Shown here one piece after another: positions 24,101-34,400 of a stretch of 64,000 nucleotides of DNA (the stretch's first letter is position 1; the number at the start of each line of letters is the position of its first letter). Location: NCBI RefSeq assembly GCF_964213995.1, contig NC_135825.1:12648001-12712000 (forward strand), in the 5' to 3' direction. The notes below the pieces were generated by a model. It was not told the origin of the DNA, did no database searches, and worked only from the letters and a program-made list of their open reading frames with translations. The position numbers and the translations under genes are program-made. This DNA comes from Mustelus asterias (taxonomy: Eukaryota).

Positions 24101-27100
24101 TCAGTTTTTGTTGGTTTTCTGGGTGAATACATATAAAATTAAATATACAAACTCCCCAATGGTTCAGTTGAAAGACCAATCCCCCAATGCAATTCCATGG
24201 GGACAATATCCAAGTATTGAATGAGGTTATGCAACATCTGTAGATAGGCAAGTATGTCTACTGGTGAAAGATTTGCAGCAACGTCTCATAGAAATAGAAT
24301 CATAGAAACCCTACAGTGTAGAAGGAGGCCATTCGGCCCATCATGTCTGCACTGACAACAATCCCACCCAGACCCTATCTCCGCTGAGTTACCTTGCTAA
24401 TCATCTAACCTATCACATCCTGGGACACTAAGGGTTAATTTAGCATGTCCAATCGACCTACCCTGCACATCTTTGGACTGTGGGAGGAAACCGGAGCACC
24501 CGGAGGAAGCCCACGCAGACACGGGGAGAATGTGCAAACACCACACAGACAGTGACCCAAGCCAGGAATCGAATCCGGACCTCTGGAGTTGTGAGGCAGC
24601 AGTGCTAACCACTGTGCTACCGTGCCGTCCTATTTATTGTTATTTATAATGAATCATAGTGAGGCTATTGAGATTTATGTGTAAGGGAATATCCAATCTT
24701 CTAACCAAAAGAGAAAAGGAACAAAGTTAGGGTGGGATTTTCCAGCCCTTCCCACCGGTGGGATCTTCCAGTCCCGCTGAAGGCTACCCTCCTCACCGGG
24801 TTAGCCCGATGGCAGGACAGGTGAGTAATACGAAACGCCATAAGGTCCCAGCAGGACCGGAAGATTGAGCCAATAGCCAATGGCGAGTAGCCTTTGGCGC
24901 CAGGAAACATGCCATGGGGGCTGGTAAATCCCGGCCAAAGACTTAGAGGCAGCCAGGGAGAAAGAAAGGCAACAGCAAGGGTGAGTGTGTGAGAGCCTCA
25001 CAGAGATTGGAAAGAGAGACAATGGGGGAGAGATCTTGAGCCTGTAGAACATAGAACATAGAACATTACAGCACAGAACAGGCCCTTCGGCCCACGATGT
25101 TGTGCCGACCTTCATCTGAAACCAAGATCAAGCTATCCCACTCCCTACCATCCTGGTGTGCTCCATGTGCCTATCCAATAACCGCTTAAATGTTCCTAAA
25201 GTGTCTGACTCCACTATCACTGCAGGCAGTCCATTCCACACCCCAACCACTCTCTGCGTGAAGAACCTACCTCTGATATCCTTCCTATATCTCCCACCAT
25301 GAACCCTATAGTTATGCCCCCTTGTAATAGCTCCATCCACCCGAGGAAATAGTCTTTGAACGTTCACTCGATCTATCCCCTTCATCATTTTATAAACCTC
25401 TATTAAGTCTCCCCTCAATCTCCTCCGCTCCAGAGAGAACAGCCCCAGCTCCCTCAACCTTCGCCATCCGCACAAATGCTGTGGGGCTCAAGATCCAGAA
25501 GTTGCAGTTCTTGCCGGCGAGATCACAATATTGGATTTCCCTCCGCCCCTCACTGGTGATGTCATCAGAGTTACGCCCCTAATGGGTGTAAACATGCTTC
25601 ATATGAAATTCAATACACTTGAATCTCGTCAACAAGCACCCTCCCTATATATTGACATCCCTTGTACGTTAACACATGACATCATGCTGGTGCAGTTTAC
25701 AACAGGTTCCCCTAGACATGAACCTGTCGTGGGGATCTTCCCGGGAGCGTAACATTGAGTATAACCCCTGGAGGACAGGGACATAGCCAGGCAGTGGTCT
25801 GGCAATGCCCCTTGGCAATGTCCAATGCCGGCATCTCCACATCAATGCCCCTTGGCACAGGTTGCCATTGCCAGGTTGGCACCATGCCCATGCCTATCTG
25901 ATAGTGCCAACCTGACAATGCCAACCTGTGCCAAGGTGAGGGCTGCAGTGGGAGTCTCATAGGGGAGGGAGGGGGATTAATTTGTATGTGGTGGTGGCCG
26001 GCGCAGACAGAGGAACAGGGGTTACAAAGCAGTGGGAGGAGGTGGGTGCCAGTTCCAATCGTTGGGGGAACAGGGAGGGGAGAGGGCAATGATCAGGTGG
26101 AGGAGGCCAATGATTGGGGGGGGGGAACTAATTGAATTCAAATTGAAGTTATTGAAAGGGTAATTGAGCAGTGAAGCAATATCAGAACATATAATGATAT
26201 TTAATACGGCACGGTGGCACAGTGGTTAGCACTGCTGCCTCACAGCGCCAGGGACCCGGGTTCAATTCCCAGCTTGGACCACCATCTGTGTGGAGTTTAC
26301 ACATTCTCCCCATGTCTGTGTGAGTTTCCTCTGGATGTGCAGGTTAGATGGATTGGCCATGCTAAATTGCCCCTTAGTGTCAGGGGGACTCGCTAGAGTA
26401 AATGCATGGGGTTATGGGGATAGGGCCTGGGTGGGATTGTGGCCGGTGCAGACTCAATGGGCCGAATGGCCTTGTTCTGCACTGTAGGGATTCTATGATT
26501 CTAACACAACAGGCTGGAACATCTTTCCTCACAGTATGTAATTAATATTATTCCATGTTTGATGTTAATGTTTTCTTATGTAATGAAATGTGAGACAAGG
26601 TCCTAACTGAGATTTTCACCAATTATTCAGTATAGATCAATTGCTTTCCCCAAATTACCTCAATATTCTCATTGATCGGAGTTTCTCATCTAATATTAAA
26701 TTGGGAATATCGAAAGGTGCAATTTAATTTTAAAAAGCATGGCACTTAATACCTCAAAAACAGTCACATTTTAAACCTTTCTGCTGCTTTTTTTCATTAC
26801 CTTTATGTTTGCATTTTCCAGACAACGGAGAGAAGGAAGCAACAATAGAAAATTCGGTTCCGAAGTCAAACTCTGTGGTAAGGCTGTAACCTGTCGACAG
26901 CACTGGGTGTTTTCACACTTGTGGAGTCTCCTACCCTGTGGAGTTGGCATGATAGAGAGACATGCTTTACGCATTCATCTGAAATTCCTGAGAGCCAGCA
27001 CTCACAATAGCTTTCAACTGGTGAGACCTCTATGTCCCCACCTGCTGAGGACATACACGGCCAACATGCCCCCTTGACACTGAAAGGTCAGCGGATGGAA

Positions 27101-28974
27101 TAGTGGAAGATTCACCCTCCACCTGGCGAGAGTGTTCAGCTGTGCGATTCTTCCCCTTGTTTCTGGCCTCTACCTATTGCAGAAGCATCCAAGGCCCAAT
27201 CAGAATTTTGGGGCCCAGGTTTTTTGTTGGTTGGAGACCCACTTTGACGCTCAGATACATGACCCTGTAATCTAGGAGGCCAGACCAATTACTGATCAAA
27301 TTTTACACATCAGACTGTGAAAGTGGACTGCCAATAGTTTACTTCATAAAGTATAATCCCCTTACAGTGCAGAAGTAGGCCATTCAGCCCATTGAGCATG
27401 CCAAACCCTATCCCCATAACCCCACGTATTTACCCTGCTGATCCACCCCCTCCCCCCCCACCCCCCCCCCAACCTACACAGCTTGGGGCACTAAGGCGCA
27501 ACTTTAGCATGGCCAATGAACCTTATCCGCACATCTTTGGACTGTGGGAGGAAACCGGAGCACCCGGAGGAAACCCACGCAGACACGGGGAGAATGTGCA
27601 AACCCCACACACAGTCACCCAAGACCGGAATTGAAGACGGGTCCCTGGCACTGTGAGGCAGCAGTGCTAACCACTGTGCCACCATAAGTTCATAAGTTCA
27701 TAAGATATAGGATCAGGATTAGGCCATTCAGCCCATCGAGTCTGCTCCGCCATTCGATCATGGCTGATATGCTCCTCATCCCCATTTTCCTGCCTTCTCC
27801 CCATAACCTTTCAACCCATCACCAATTAAAAATCTGTCTAACTCCTCCATAAATTTTCTCACTGTCCCAGCATCCACCGCACTTTGGGGTAGCGAATTCC
27901 ACAGATTCACAACCCTTTGGGAGAAGTAGTTTCTCCTCAACTCTGTTTTAAATTTGCTACCCCTTATCCTAAGACTATGACCTCTCGTCCTAGACTGCCC
28001 CACCAGCAGAAGCATCCACTCCACGTCTACTTTATCCATACCTTTGATCATCTTGTAAACCTCAACTTGATCTCCCCTCATTCTTCTAAATTCCAGAGAG
28101 TATAGGCCTAAACTGTTCAATCTCTCTTCATACGACAAACCCCTCATCCATGCCGCCGTCACAGTGTTGCTAAAATATGGCTGAACTATTTTCCATAACC
28201 CAAGTTACCAATTAACTCAAGCAGTTGTATTTACTGAGGGGAATTCCCGACTGTCCATGCCGGCTGGATTCTCCAGTCCCGCTGGCAGCAATGGGATTTC
28301 CCCCGTGGGGGAAATCCCATTGACAGCAGCGGGACCAGAGAATCCCATCACTAGCGAACAGCACATCACCTTCCACCCCCAAGAAACACACGGATGGGAG
28401 GCCAGAGAATTCCCTCCAATACCAATTCACTGCCTATTTATTATAGTAAGTAGTCTCACAACACCAGGTTAAAGTCCAACAGGTTTATTTGGTAGCACGA
28501 GCGTTCGGAGCGCTGCCCCTTCATCAGGTGAGTGTCTGATAAAGGAGCAGCTCTCGTGCTACCAAATAAGCCTGTTGGACTTTAACCTGGTGTTGTGAGA
28601 CTACTTATTGTGCCCACCCCAGTCCAACGCCGGCATCTCCACATCGCATTTATTATAGAGCTTTGAAATATGTTTATTTTCCCAAGTAAAACATTACCTT
28701 AAGTTTCATTTTTGTAATTCAATGATGGATTGACTCATTGCTTCAATGCCTTCAGTCACACTCTCACATTCTTTATCTTCAGCTGTCCAAAGAGTTGGAA
28801 GAAGGAGTTACTTACGCCACTGTGACAATTCAGCCCAATAATCACCCTCAGGAGGACTCTGCTGCTTATGATAATGTGAAACCTTCCAATAGTCAGGAAG
28901 CAATCAAGCCGCCAGTTAACGAACCTCCTGCTTCGGAACCAACGGAATATTCCACAGTTGTGTTCAAAAAGTAA
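6078..28974 (+). CDS. Gene 1: complete six-exon CD300/CMRF35-like (pIgR-like family) single-Ig-V inhibitory receptor, 253 aa. Join 6078-6117,13716-14051,14504-14540,19581-19681,26822-26877,28783-28974
   Basis: All introns are GT-AG with phases 1,1,2,1,0. The exons sum to 762 nt, an open frame ending in TAA. Product: MGSTLLLSIAFLS-VTYASITGPSEK...CRF...KYWCRGFYRRSC...DKGWYWCGIERP...-APKPFAKDKERL-RLFLTLGLIFGILTVMLLGLVILVIRKIRKHKYN-DNGEKEATIENSVPKSNSV-LSKELEEGVTYATV...AYDNV...TEYSTVVFKK*. Confidence 0.85.
6168..6620 (+). mobile_element. CR1-like LINE 3' fragment
   Basis: LSYEERLDRLGLFSLE...TRGH motifs and attctatg tail. Confidence 0.85.
7253..7580 (+). mobile_element. HE1-type V-SINE, full length
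   Basis: Head, V core and tail present. Confidence 0.88.
8376..8650 (-). mobile_element. V-SINE, alternative-tail subfamily
   Basis: Same head and core, tail ...ttgtgacactaataaataaac. Confidence 0.8.
8822..9146 (-). mobile_element. HE1-type V-SINE
   Basis: Head and tail recognisable. Confidence 0.8.
9248..9360 (+). mobile_element. RTE-like LINE 3' end remnant
   Basis: Translates as CPTCGRVCRSHTGLISHQK, the C2H2-like C-terminus typical of RTE-clade ORF2. Confidence 0.5.
10150..12090 (+). mobile_element. Old CR1 fragment interrupted by a younger CR1 3' fragment (about 10510-11456)
   Basis: KFADDTK, LYKALVRPHLEYCEQFW and LGLYSLEFRR motifs. The degenerate older copy resumes at about 11457. 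Confidence 0.8.
12437..12752 (+). mobile_element. V-SINE, alternative-tail subfamily, full length
   Basis: Head, V core, then attctccctcagt...ggagtgtggcgactaggggattttcac...ttgtggcactaataaataa. Confidence 0.85.
13186..13480 (+). mobile_element. HE1-type V-SINE
   Basis: Head, core and tail. Confidence 0.85.
13716..14051 (+). CDS. Gene 1 exon 2, Ig V-type domain with four cysteines (CD300/pIgR type)
   Basis: Acceptor ttttcacacttacag|, donor CAAG|gtaggg, 336 nt, phase 1-1. Motifs C..KYWCRG.....C and D.GWYWCGI. Confidence 0.95.
14237..14369. mobile_element. Harbinger-like MITE (related copies at 24730-24936, 28261-28417, 32070-32197, 36076-36212, 46201-46329, 47838-47962, 49831-49998, 50001-50125, 60223-60351, 61635-61820)
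   Basis: Terminal inverted repeats GGGYGGRATTYTCC...GGARAATYCCRCCC around 120-200 bp bodies. Several share an internal ttgacct/aggtcaa motif. Superfamily inferred from the GGG/GGC termini. Confidence 0.55.
14504..14540 (+). CDS. Gene 1 exon 3, short stalk (APKPFAKDKERL)
   Basis: Acceptor tttttatacttcatttcgaatag|, donor TAAG|gtaaat. The 37-nt phase 1-2 exon bridges exon 2 to the TM exon exactly. Confidence 0.7.
15380..15990 (-). mobile_element. 3' fragment of a second CR1/L2-like LINE family (tail ...gggatgggcaataaatgctggcc)
   Basis: Same tail seen at 14640-14840, 19370-19450 and on the second tRNA-SINE family. Confidence 0.55.
16362..17030 (-). mobile_element. HE1-type V-SINE with an internal 52-bp tandem expansion
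   Basis: Head 16960-17030, tail 16362-16480, array between them. Confidence 0.85.
16487..16882. repeat. 52-bp tandem repeat, about 7.5 copies (catggccaatccacctaacctacacatcttgggacattaagggacaatttag)
   Basis: Unit starts at 16487, 16539, 16591, 16643, ~16694, ~16747, 16799, 16851. Confidence 0.9.
17925..18230 (-). mobile_element. HE1-type V-SINE
   Basis: Head, core and tail. Confidence 0.85.
18427..18725 (+). mobile_element. V-SINE, alternative-tail subfamily
   Basis: Same structure as 12437-12752. Confidence 0.85.
19581..19681 (+). CDS. Gene 1 exon 4, transmembrane helix and basic stop-transfer (LFLTLGLIFGILTVMLLGLVILVI-RKIRKHKYN)
   Basis: Acceptor cgcccag|, donor AACG|gtaagc, phase 2-1. 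Not in the ORF track in this frame. Confidence 0.85.
19810..20660 (-). mobile_element. CR1-like LINE 3' fragment split by a V-SINE (20252-20485)
   Basis: FWSPYLRKDVAALEAVRRRFTRLIPG on -, CR1 tail at 19810-19890. Confidence 0.8.
21670..21876. mobile_element. Palindromic copy of a third PLE-like family (duplicated at 22770-22976)
   Basis: attgctgagaaaagag...cacaagaa and ttcttgcaaatc...ctctttattcagcaata are imperfect inverted arms, each with a hammerhead-like core. Confidence 0.55.
21692..21727 (-). ncRNA. Hammerhead ribozyme-like motif (third PLE family; second copy 22792-22827)
   Basis: - strand cuguc CUGAUGA guacaagau GAAA aacu UC aacag. Confidence 0.4.
23519..23850 (+). mobile_element. HE1-type V-SINE, full length
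   Basis: Head, core and tail. Confidence 0.88.
24287..24630 (-). mobile_element. HE1-type V-SINE, full length
   Basis: Head, core and tail. Confidence 0.88.
25045..25465 (-). mobile_element. CR1-like LINE 3' fragment
   Basis: ORF 25128-25475 LGLFSLERRRLRGDLIEVYK...FFTQRVVGVWN and (ttctatg)n tail. Confidence 0.88.
26207..26503 (+). mobile_element. HE1-type V-SINE with an internal deletion
   Basis: Head and tail intact, part of the V core missing. Confidence 0.85.
26822..26877 (+). CDS. Gene 1 exon 5, membrane-proximal cytoplasmic segment (DNGEKEATIENSVPKSNSV)
   Basis: Long polypyrimidine tract ending ttttccag|, donor TGTG|gtaagg, 56 nt, phase 1-0. Confidence 0.75.
27355..27685 (-). mobile_element. 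HE1-type V-SINE
   Basis: Head, core and tail. Confidence 0.85.
27686..28150 (-). mobile_element. CR1-like LINE 3' fragment
   Basis: ORF 27776-28162 LSYEERLNSLGLYSLEFRR. Confidence 0.88.
28447..28647. mobile_element. Penelope-derived palindromic (inverted pseudo-LTR) insertion
   Basis: Arms are reverse complements, homologous to 51384-52062, 11-bp TSD ATTTATTATAG (28436-28446 / 28648-28658). Confidence 0.8.
28496..28530 (-). ncRNA. Minimal hammerhead ribozyme motif, degenerate (GAAA>GAAC)
   Basis: - strand cac CUGAUGA a ggggc agc gcucc GAAC gc UC gug. Confidence 0.5.
28783..28974 (+). CDS. Gene 1 exon 6 (terminal), cytoplasmic tail with VTYATV (ITIM), AYDNV (YxN) and TEYSTV (ITSM)
   Basis: Acceptor ctttatcttcag|, phase 0, three spaced tyrosine motifs, TAA at 28972-28974. 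Confidence 0.9.
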   Translation: MSKELEEGVTYATVTIQPNNHPQEDSAAYDNVKPSNSQEAIKPPVNEPPASEPTEYSTVVFKK

Positions 28975-29208
28975 TATTCTTCCAACATGACGACTGCAAG
29001 CCACTTTTGACCCACTTTCTGAAGAACGATATTCCTGCAAATTGTAAATTGTTCTATTAGGGCATGAGTATAATTTTACACCTTTGTTTCCAGCCAATGC
29101 ATATTGGAAAAATCTCAAGCAGAGTGCCTGCATTTTTCCAATATTTGGCTGTGGCAGGTCTCCTTTGGAATGCATAGTTTCTCTCTACCTGCCCTATTTC
29201 TTCTCGTT

Positions 29209-29456
29209 GGGGGGTTGTGGGGTGTTGGGATGGGTGGGGGGAGGGAGATTGTGGGTGTTGGGCTGGGTGGGGAGAGGGAGGTTATTGGTGTTGAGCTGGG
29301 TGGGGGAGGGAGGTTGTGGGATGTTGGACTGGGTTGGGGGGAGGGAGTTGTGGGGTGCTGGGGTTGGGCAGGCGGGGCAGGGGAATGAGGGTTGTTGTGG
29401 GACATTGTGCTGAGCGGGGGGGAGGGGCGTGGTGGTGAGCGAGGCTGTGGGGGTGA
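29209..29456 (+). repeat. G-rich degenerate minisatellite (~33-bp units) in the predicted 3' UTR of gene 1
   Basis: About 5 copies of gggtgttgggctgggtggggggagggagNttgt. Confidence 0.75.
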
Positions 29457-30725
29457 TGTCCAAAACTAGGGAGCAGAACCTTAAACTCAGAGCCAGGCAG
29501 TTCTGGGATGATATCAGGAATCATTGTCCTGAACAAAGGATGGTGTGGAAATCTGGATCTATCTCTCCCAAAAAGCTGTCAAGGATGAAGATTGGGATTG
29601 ACAGATTTTTATGAAGCAAAGGTATAATTATTTCCCTGCCCATGGGCAGACAAGATTATATCCTTTGAAATATTTAATAATTTAGTATAAAAAGCATTGT
29701 TGTGAAGCAACAATAACTGTGATTCATCGAGAATCACAATGTTGTAGTTCCCCGGAATGTTCTATCAAAGGTAATCAGTGAAGCGAAGGCAGGTTAATGG
29801 AGTTAGGATACAGATCAGCCCTGATCTGACTAAATAGCAGGTTAGAGGGGCTGAATGGCCTACTCATGTTCTTCTGAACCTATAACCTGCTACACCACAG
29901 TCAGCATCATTGCTTACCTGGCCAGCAATGTTCCCGCTAATCTTAAAGGGACCATGCAGTGCAACAAGCAGGCCGCACACATGTTCGAGGGAACATTGTT
30001 CGGCGCTCACCCTCACTCTGGTAAAATGACCACCATTTTCTAAAACAAAACAAAATAGCAAGCATTCTGTTACATTAATGATGGATGGGCAAACCACGCA
30101 CAGTCCTGTATTTTTATGGACCTGTACATGTACTGTGGCTGCGTCACTGAGGCATATACAGCACCAGAACAACACAGGATAAGATACACAACTGCAATTA
30201 CTCCCTGACTATTCACAGTATGTAGGCAGAATAACACTTAGGCGATCCTTGAAATGTTTAACAATTCATTGTGAAGCGGCGATAATTCTTTCTGTAGTAA
30301 TGCATGGAGAATCCCAGCTGTTAAACGGTGTTGTTCACTATGATGCATTATCGCTTACCGTCATTGTAGCTACTGTTGATGTGTCTGTTTTTATTTAATG
30401 CTGATGGCATATTACAATGAGAGTCCTGTCCTCTAGGTTACGTTCTGTGCTAAAGGGTGCTCAGAGCGCTGGGCATTATTTAACATAATGGAGCTATGAC
30501 CGACTGATGCTTAACCCATGCTGGAAAATCAATGGGTACAGCCCCTTGTTCTATTCAATTAGGCTGAGTAACTAAGAGTGCTATTCTTTGGTTAATGCAA
30601 TTGGGATTGAGTGATGTTAATGCTATCCTTGATTACTGGAATTGGGAACCTCACCAAATATGAAAGGTCATTGGATGAATTTCCAGTAACTGCAGCTGAA
30701 ATCTTATTTATTCCTTTCAGTGCAA

Positions 30726-30731
30726 AATAAA
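30726..30731 (+). terminator. Candidate polyadenylation signal of gene 1
   Basis: AATAAA about 1.75 kb after the stop, with a GT/T-rich tract near 30841-30862. Other weaker signals are possible. Confidence 0.3.
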
Positions 30732-31091
30732 CATTCTTGCAACACGCTAAGGATGTTCAGTCTCGACGCCCTTGCCATACCGAGACCATTTCTGTTCTGC
30801 AAAACTTTATTTCAGTCTTTATAATGCCAATTTATCCCATTTCGTTTTGTTCTTTGTGTTGTAAATTCACACCTGCGTGGTGGGAAAAGTTGGATTAGTT
30901 GATATTTTGAACATAACGCATCCATGAGGGAAAACCTTGAATGTTTATGCAGCAATCTTTGGCCAAGCTGGGCCATTACTGCAAGGACGGTGAGAATATT
31001 GGACATATAGGGCACGGTTTTCCCACCCCGATACCCTGGTTGAGTAGCGTAGCGGGAAGTGTAAGCAGGAGACCAATAACAGCACGATACA

Positions 31092-31414
31092 GTGGCACGG
31101 TGGCACAGTGGTTAGTGCTGCTGCCTCACAATGCCAGGGATCCAGGTTCAATTCCTCAGGTCACTATCTGTGTGGAGTCTCCATGTTCTCCCCATATCTG
31201 CGTGGGTTTCCTCCGGGTGCTCCGGTTTCCTCCCACACTCCAAAGATGTGCAGGATAGGTTGATTGGCCACACTAAATTGCCCCTTAATGTCAGGGGGAT
31301 TTGTAGGCTAGATACGTGGGGTTACAGGGATAGGGTCTGGGTGGGATTGTGGTCGGTGCAGACTCAATGGACCGAATGGCCTCCTTCTGCACTGTAGGGA
31401 TTCTATGATTCTAT
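31092..31414 (+). mobile_element. HE1-type V-SINE
   Basis: Head, core and tail. Confidence 0.87.
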
Positions 31415-34400
31415 CATAACAGGAATCAGCTTGGCCAATCGCAATCTTCCCAGGCCACTTTCATTAACATAATCAACCTCGCACCGGGGAACCGGGCAGT
31501 CATCAGAGGTCAGGGCTGGCTATCAGAGGTTGGGGTCAGCCATCGGAGGTCAGGGCTGGCCATGGGGGGTGGGGGTCAAGGTCGGCGATATCTGAGGGGC
31601 TGGGTGGTCTTTGCGGTTGTTGGCCTCGAGGGGTGGGGCGGTGGGGAGACTGGATGGACAGGGGCAGGTGATATCCAGGAACAGGGAACGGTGTTCAGGG
31701 TCGACGATCGGGAGGCTGACAATCGGGGGTGGGGGGTTGCATGTCACCCGATCTCCCAGATATAGTGGCACATGCGCAATGGCCCCCTGAGCACACTGCT
31801 GCCAGCCTCTCAGTGGATTTAGGCTCCACCCCCGCCCCCATATTGCAGCCTCCATATTGCACAGAGTGCTGTAAGCTATCAAAACCCAGCTCATCCAAAA
31901 AATGGGCAGGAAAACCTTCTATTTTCCCACCCATTGGAATTATTTTGGGAAAATCATGTCTGCAGTGATTGAGATGAATCAGATAGATGCGATTACGGGG
32001 AATCCAGATATATACATGAGCAAAAAAGTGTAAAAGAATATCCCAATCTGCTGAGAAGGACTAAATAGTGGGTGGGACTTTATGGCCTCATTCATTCTGA
32101 AATTGTCAAATCCCACCTGAGGTCAACAGACCTTCCCATTGTCCGCCCCAAGCCCACTCCGATTCCCGTTAGCAGGCGGGGCCGTAGAATTCCAGCCAGA
32201 GTGTGAGGAAGGTCAGGTGGGGTGAATTGGCCGATTTCTGTGTTATGAATTCTGCGCACTGCTAACAAGCTCAATAGCAGAATCAAAAATTAAATTTGCA
32301 CATGACTTCTTAATGCGAAAGAATGCCTTCCAGGTTCATTTTCAGGTGAAAGCTCCACCTGCATGTAACAAAGTCCAATTTTCTTAACTTGCTTGGGAAT
32401 GAAAATTAATTTCTCCACACACCTGCGAGATCTAAGGGTGCAACATTTGAAGGATCAGTCAGTTTAGGGTGATCTTCGAGCAAGGTTAATGTTTAGCTCA
32501 GGTTATAACTGATGAAGATGCCAATGGCTTGAATGTTGCAGTAGTAATGATGGCGAAAATGTAAGCAGTCACCATCATTACTCTACTGAAATTGGCAGCC
32601 AGTTCAGAGTTCACACAAGTGCATAATAACAGAAGTTGGTGTCAGTAACTCTTTGCTTCTCCATCGAGTGTGCTGTTGAGGTTCCCCCAGACTATAGTCC
32701 CTTAGTAATCAATGATTTCATGAAACGCCCCATTTTTGCGCCATTGGCCTTGCAGTTAAAACTGAAAAAGTTACACCTTGTTGAATGAGTTGTAACTGGA
32801 CTTTAAATGGTGTACTAACTTTTTAATTCCGACCAAACTCCATCATAAGCCCTGACAAGCTCATTTTAAGTTTGTGGAATATCAAATTTCTTCATTATCA
32901 TAGAATCGTAGAATCCCTACAGTATAGAAGGAGGCCATTCGGCCCATCGAGTCTATACCGACCACAATCCCACCCAGGCTCTATTCCTGCAACCCCACAT
33001 ATTTACCCTGCTAATCCCTCTGACACTAGGGTCAATTTTGCATTGCCAATCAAACTAACCCACACATCTTTGGACTGTGGGACTTATGATGAAAAGAATT
33101 CACAAAACTTTAAGTTTCATAACATTGATCTTTGAGCTTCAAACTAAATCCAATCATAATCATTTTATTTCGCTATCCAAAACTCAAAATTAAAAGTAAA
33201 GGGATTCAGTGTTTTTAACTTCCTGCTTTGCTGCGTCTGAGAATACGTTAGTGGGATTGGCTGCTTACCCTCCTTGCTGGTGTCACTGCTGCTGCACACT
33301 TGGAGATCCCCTTGACTTGTTACGGTATTTACCTTGTCTTTGAGCAGGGGGAAGTCCACACCACAGAGCTCGAGAGATCTTTGTGGATTGCTTTCTTAGA
33401 GGTTCAATGGCGGGTGCCACTGTTTTGCTGCTGAACGCAAAATCTAGCCCAATGTCATTGACATGGAGTCACCAACTGGCACCTTTGGAGTGTGCCAATA
33501 TTTAAGAGCCAACAACCAATTGGCTTCCATGTAAATGGATGATTGACTCATCACTAAGTAGAATAAAGTAGAATTGTTCTTTTAATTTATATTATAGTCT
33601 TGATCCAAGTTGTCAACAATCCTTTGCCCAGTTAATCAATAATTACAGAACTGACATTACATCAAGTCTTAGATGTGACTGCAGTATTATGAAAAAGAAA
33701 CAAGTGTAGTGGCCAATACACAGTCAACCAGAGGCTGAGAATGAACTAATCTTTTATAATTTATTATCCAGGAATCCTGAGACTGACAAATATCCTTCAT
33801 CATTGAATCTGATCACTGGGTAAACTGGAGGATGGTGTGAAATGTTGTAGAGATGAGTTTTGTGCAACAGGAGATAATGAATTGTGTTGCAAACCACTTT
33901 AAAGTAATTCAATATTGGTTCTCAAGACACACAAACAAAACTGAAGCTGGCAACTGTGCAAATCCTTTTTGTTTTATCAATCTTGAAGCAGAACTGTACA
34001 CAAATGCAAAGGGATGCGATTAGAAATGTTTTGTCTAATAACTTCTGACTTTTGAAGTAGGAAACTAAATTCAACATATTTAGGAATCCATGAACAGTTT
34101 AGCTGATGTATTTACTGAGGTACTAATGACATACTAACCCGCAATTTTTAAATTTAAATTTGTTGGTGGTGGCGAATTGTTAATTCCCAGATACCTGTTA
34201 CTTTATCACCTGTGTTTGATGACTTTATTACATGTTGAAGTTACAGTACTTTTCTTCCAAAATGGCATTAAAACTTCACAAATACTTGATTTGAGCATGC
34301 AGCTTTCAGTTTTATCTTTCAACAGCACCGTCCAAACACACAACCTCCACAACCTTGAAGAACAAAGGAAACAGCCGTTTTAGAACACCTGCTAGTCCCC

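Noticed and set aside
29084-29536. Gly-, Trp- or Pro-rich ORFs on both strands
   Set aside because: Artefacts of the G-rich minisatellite.
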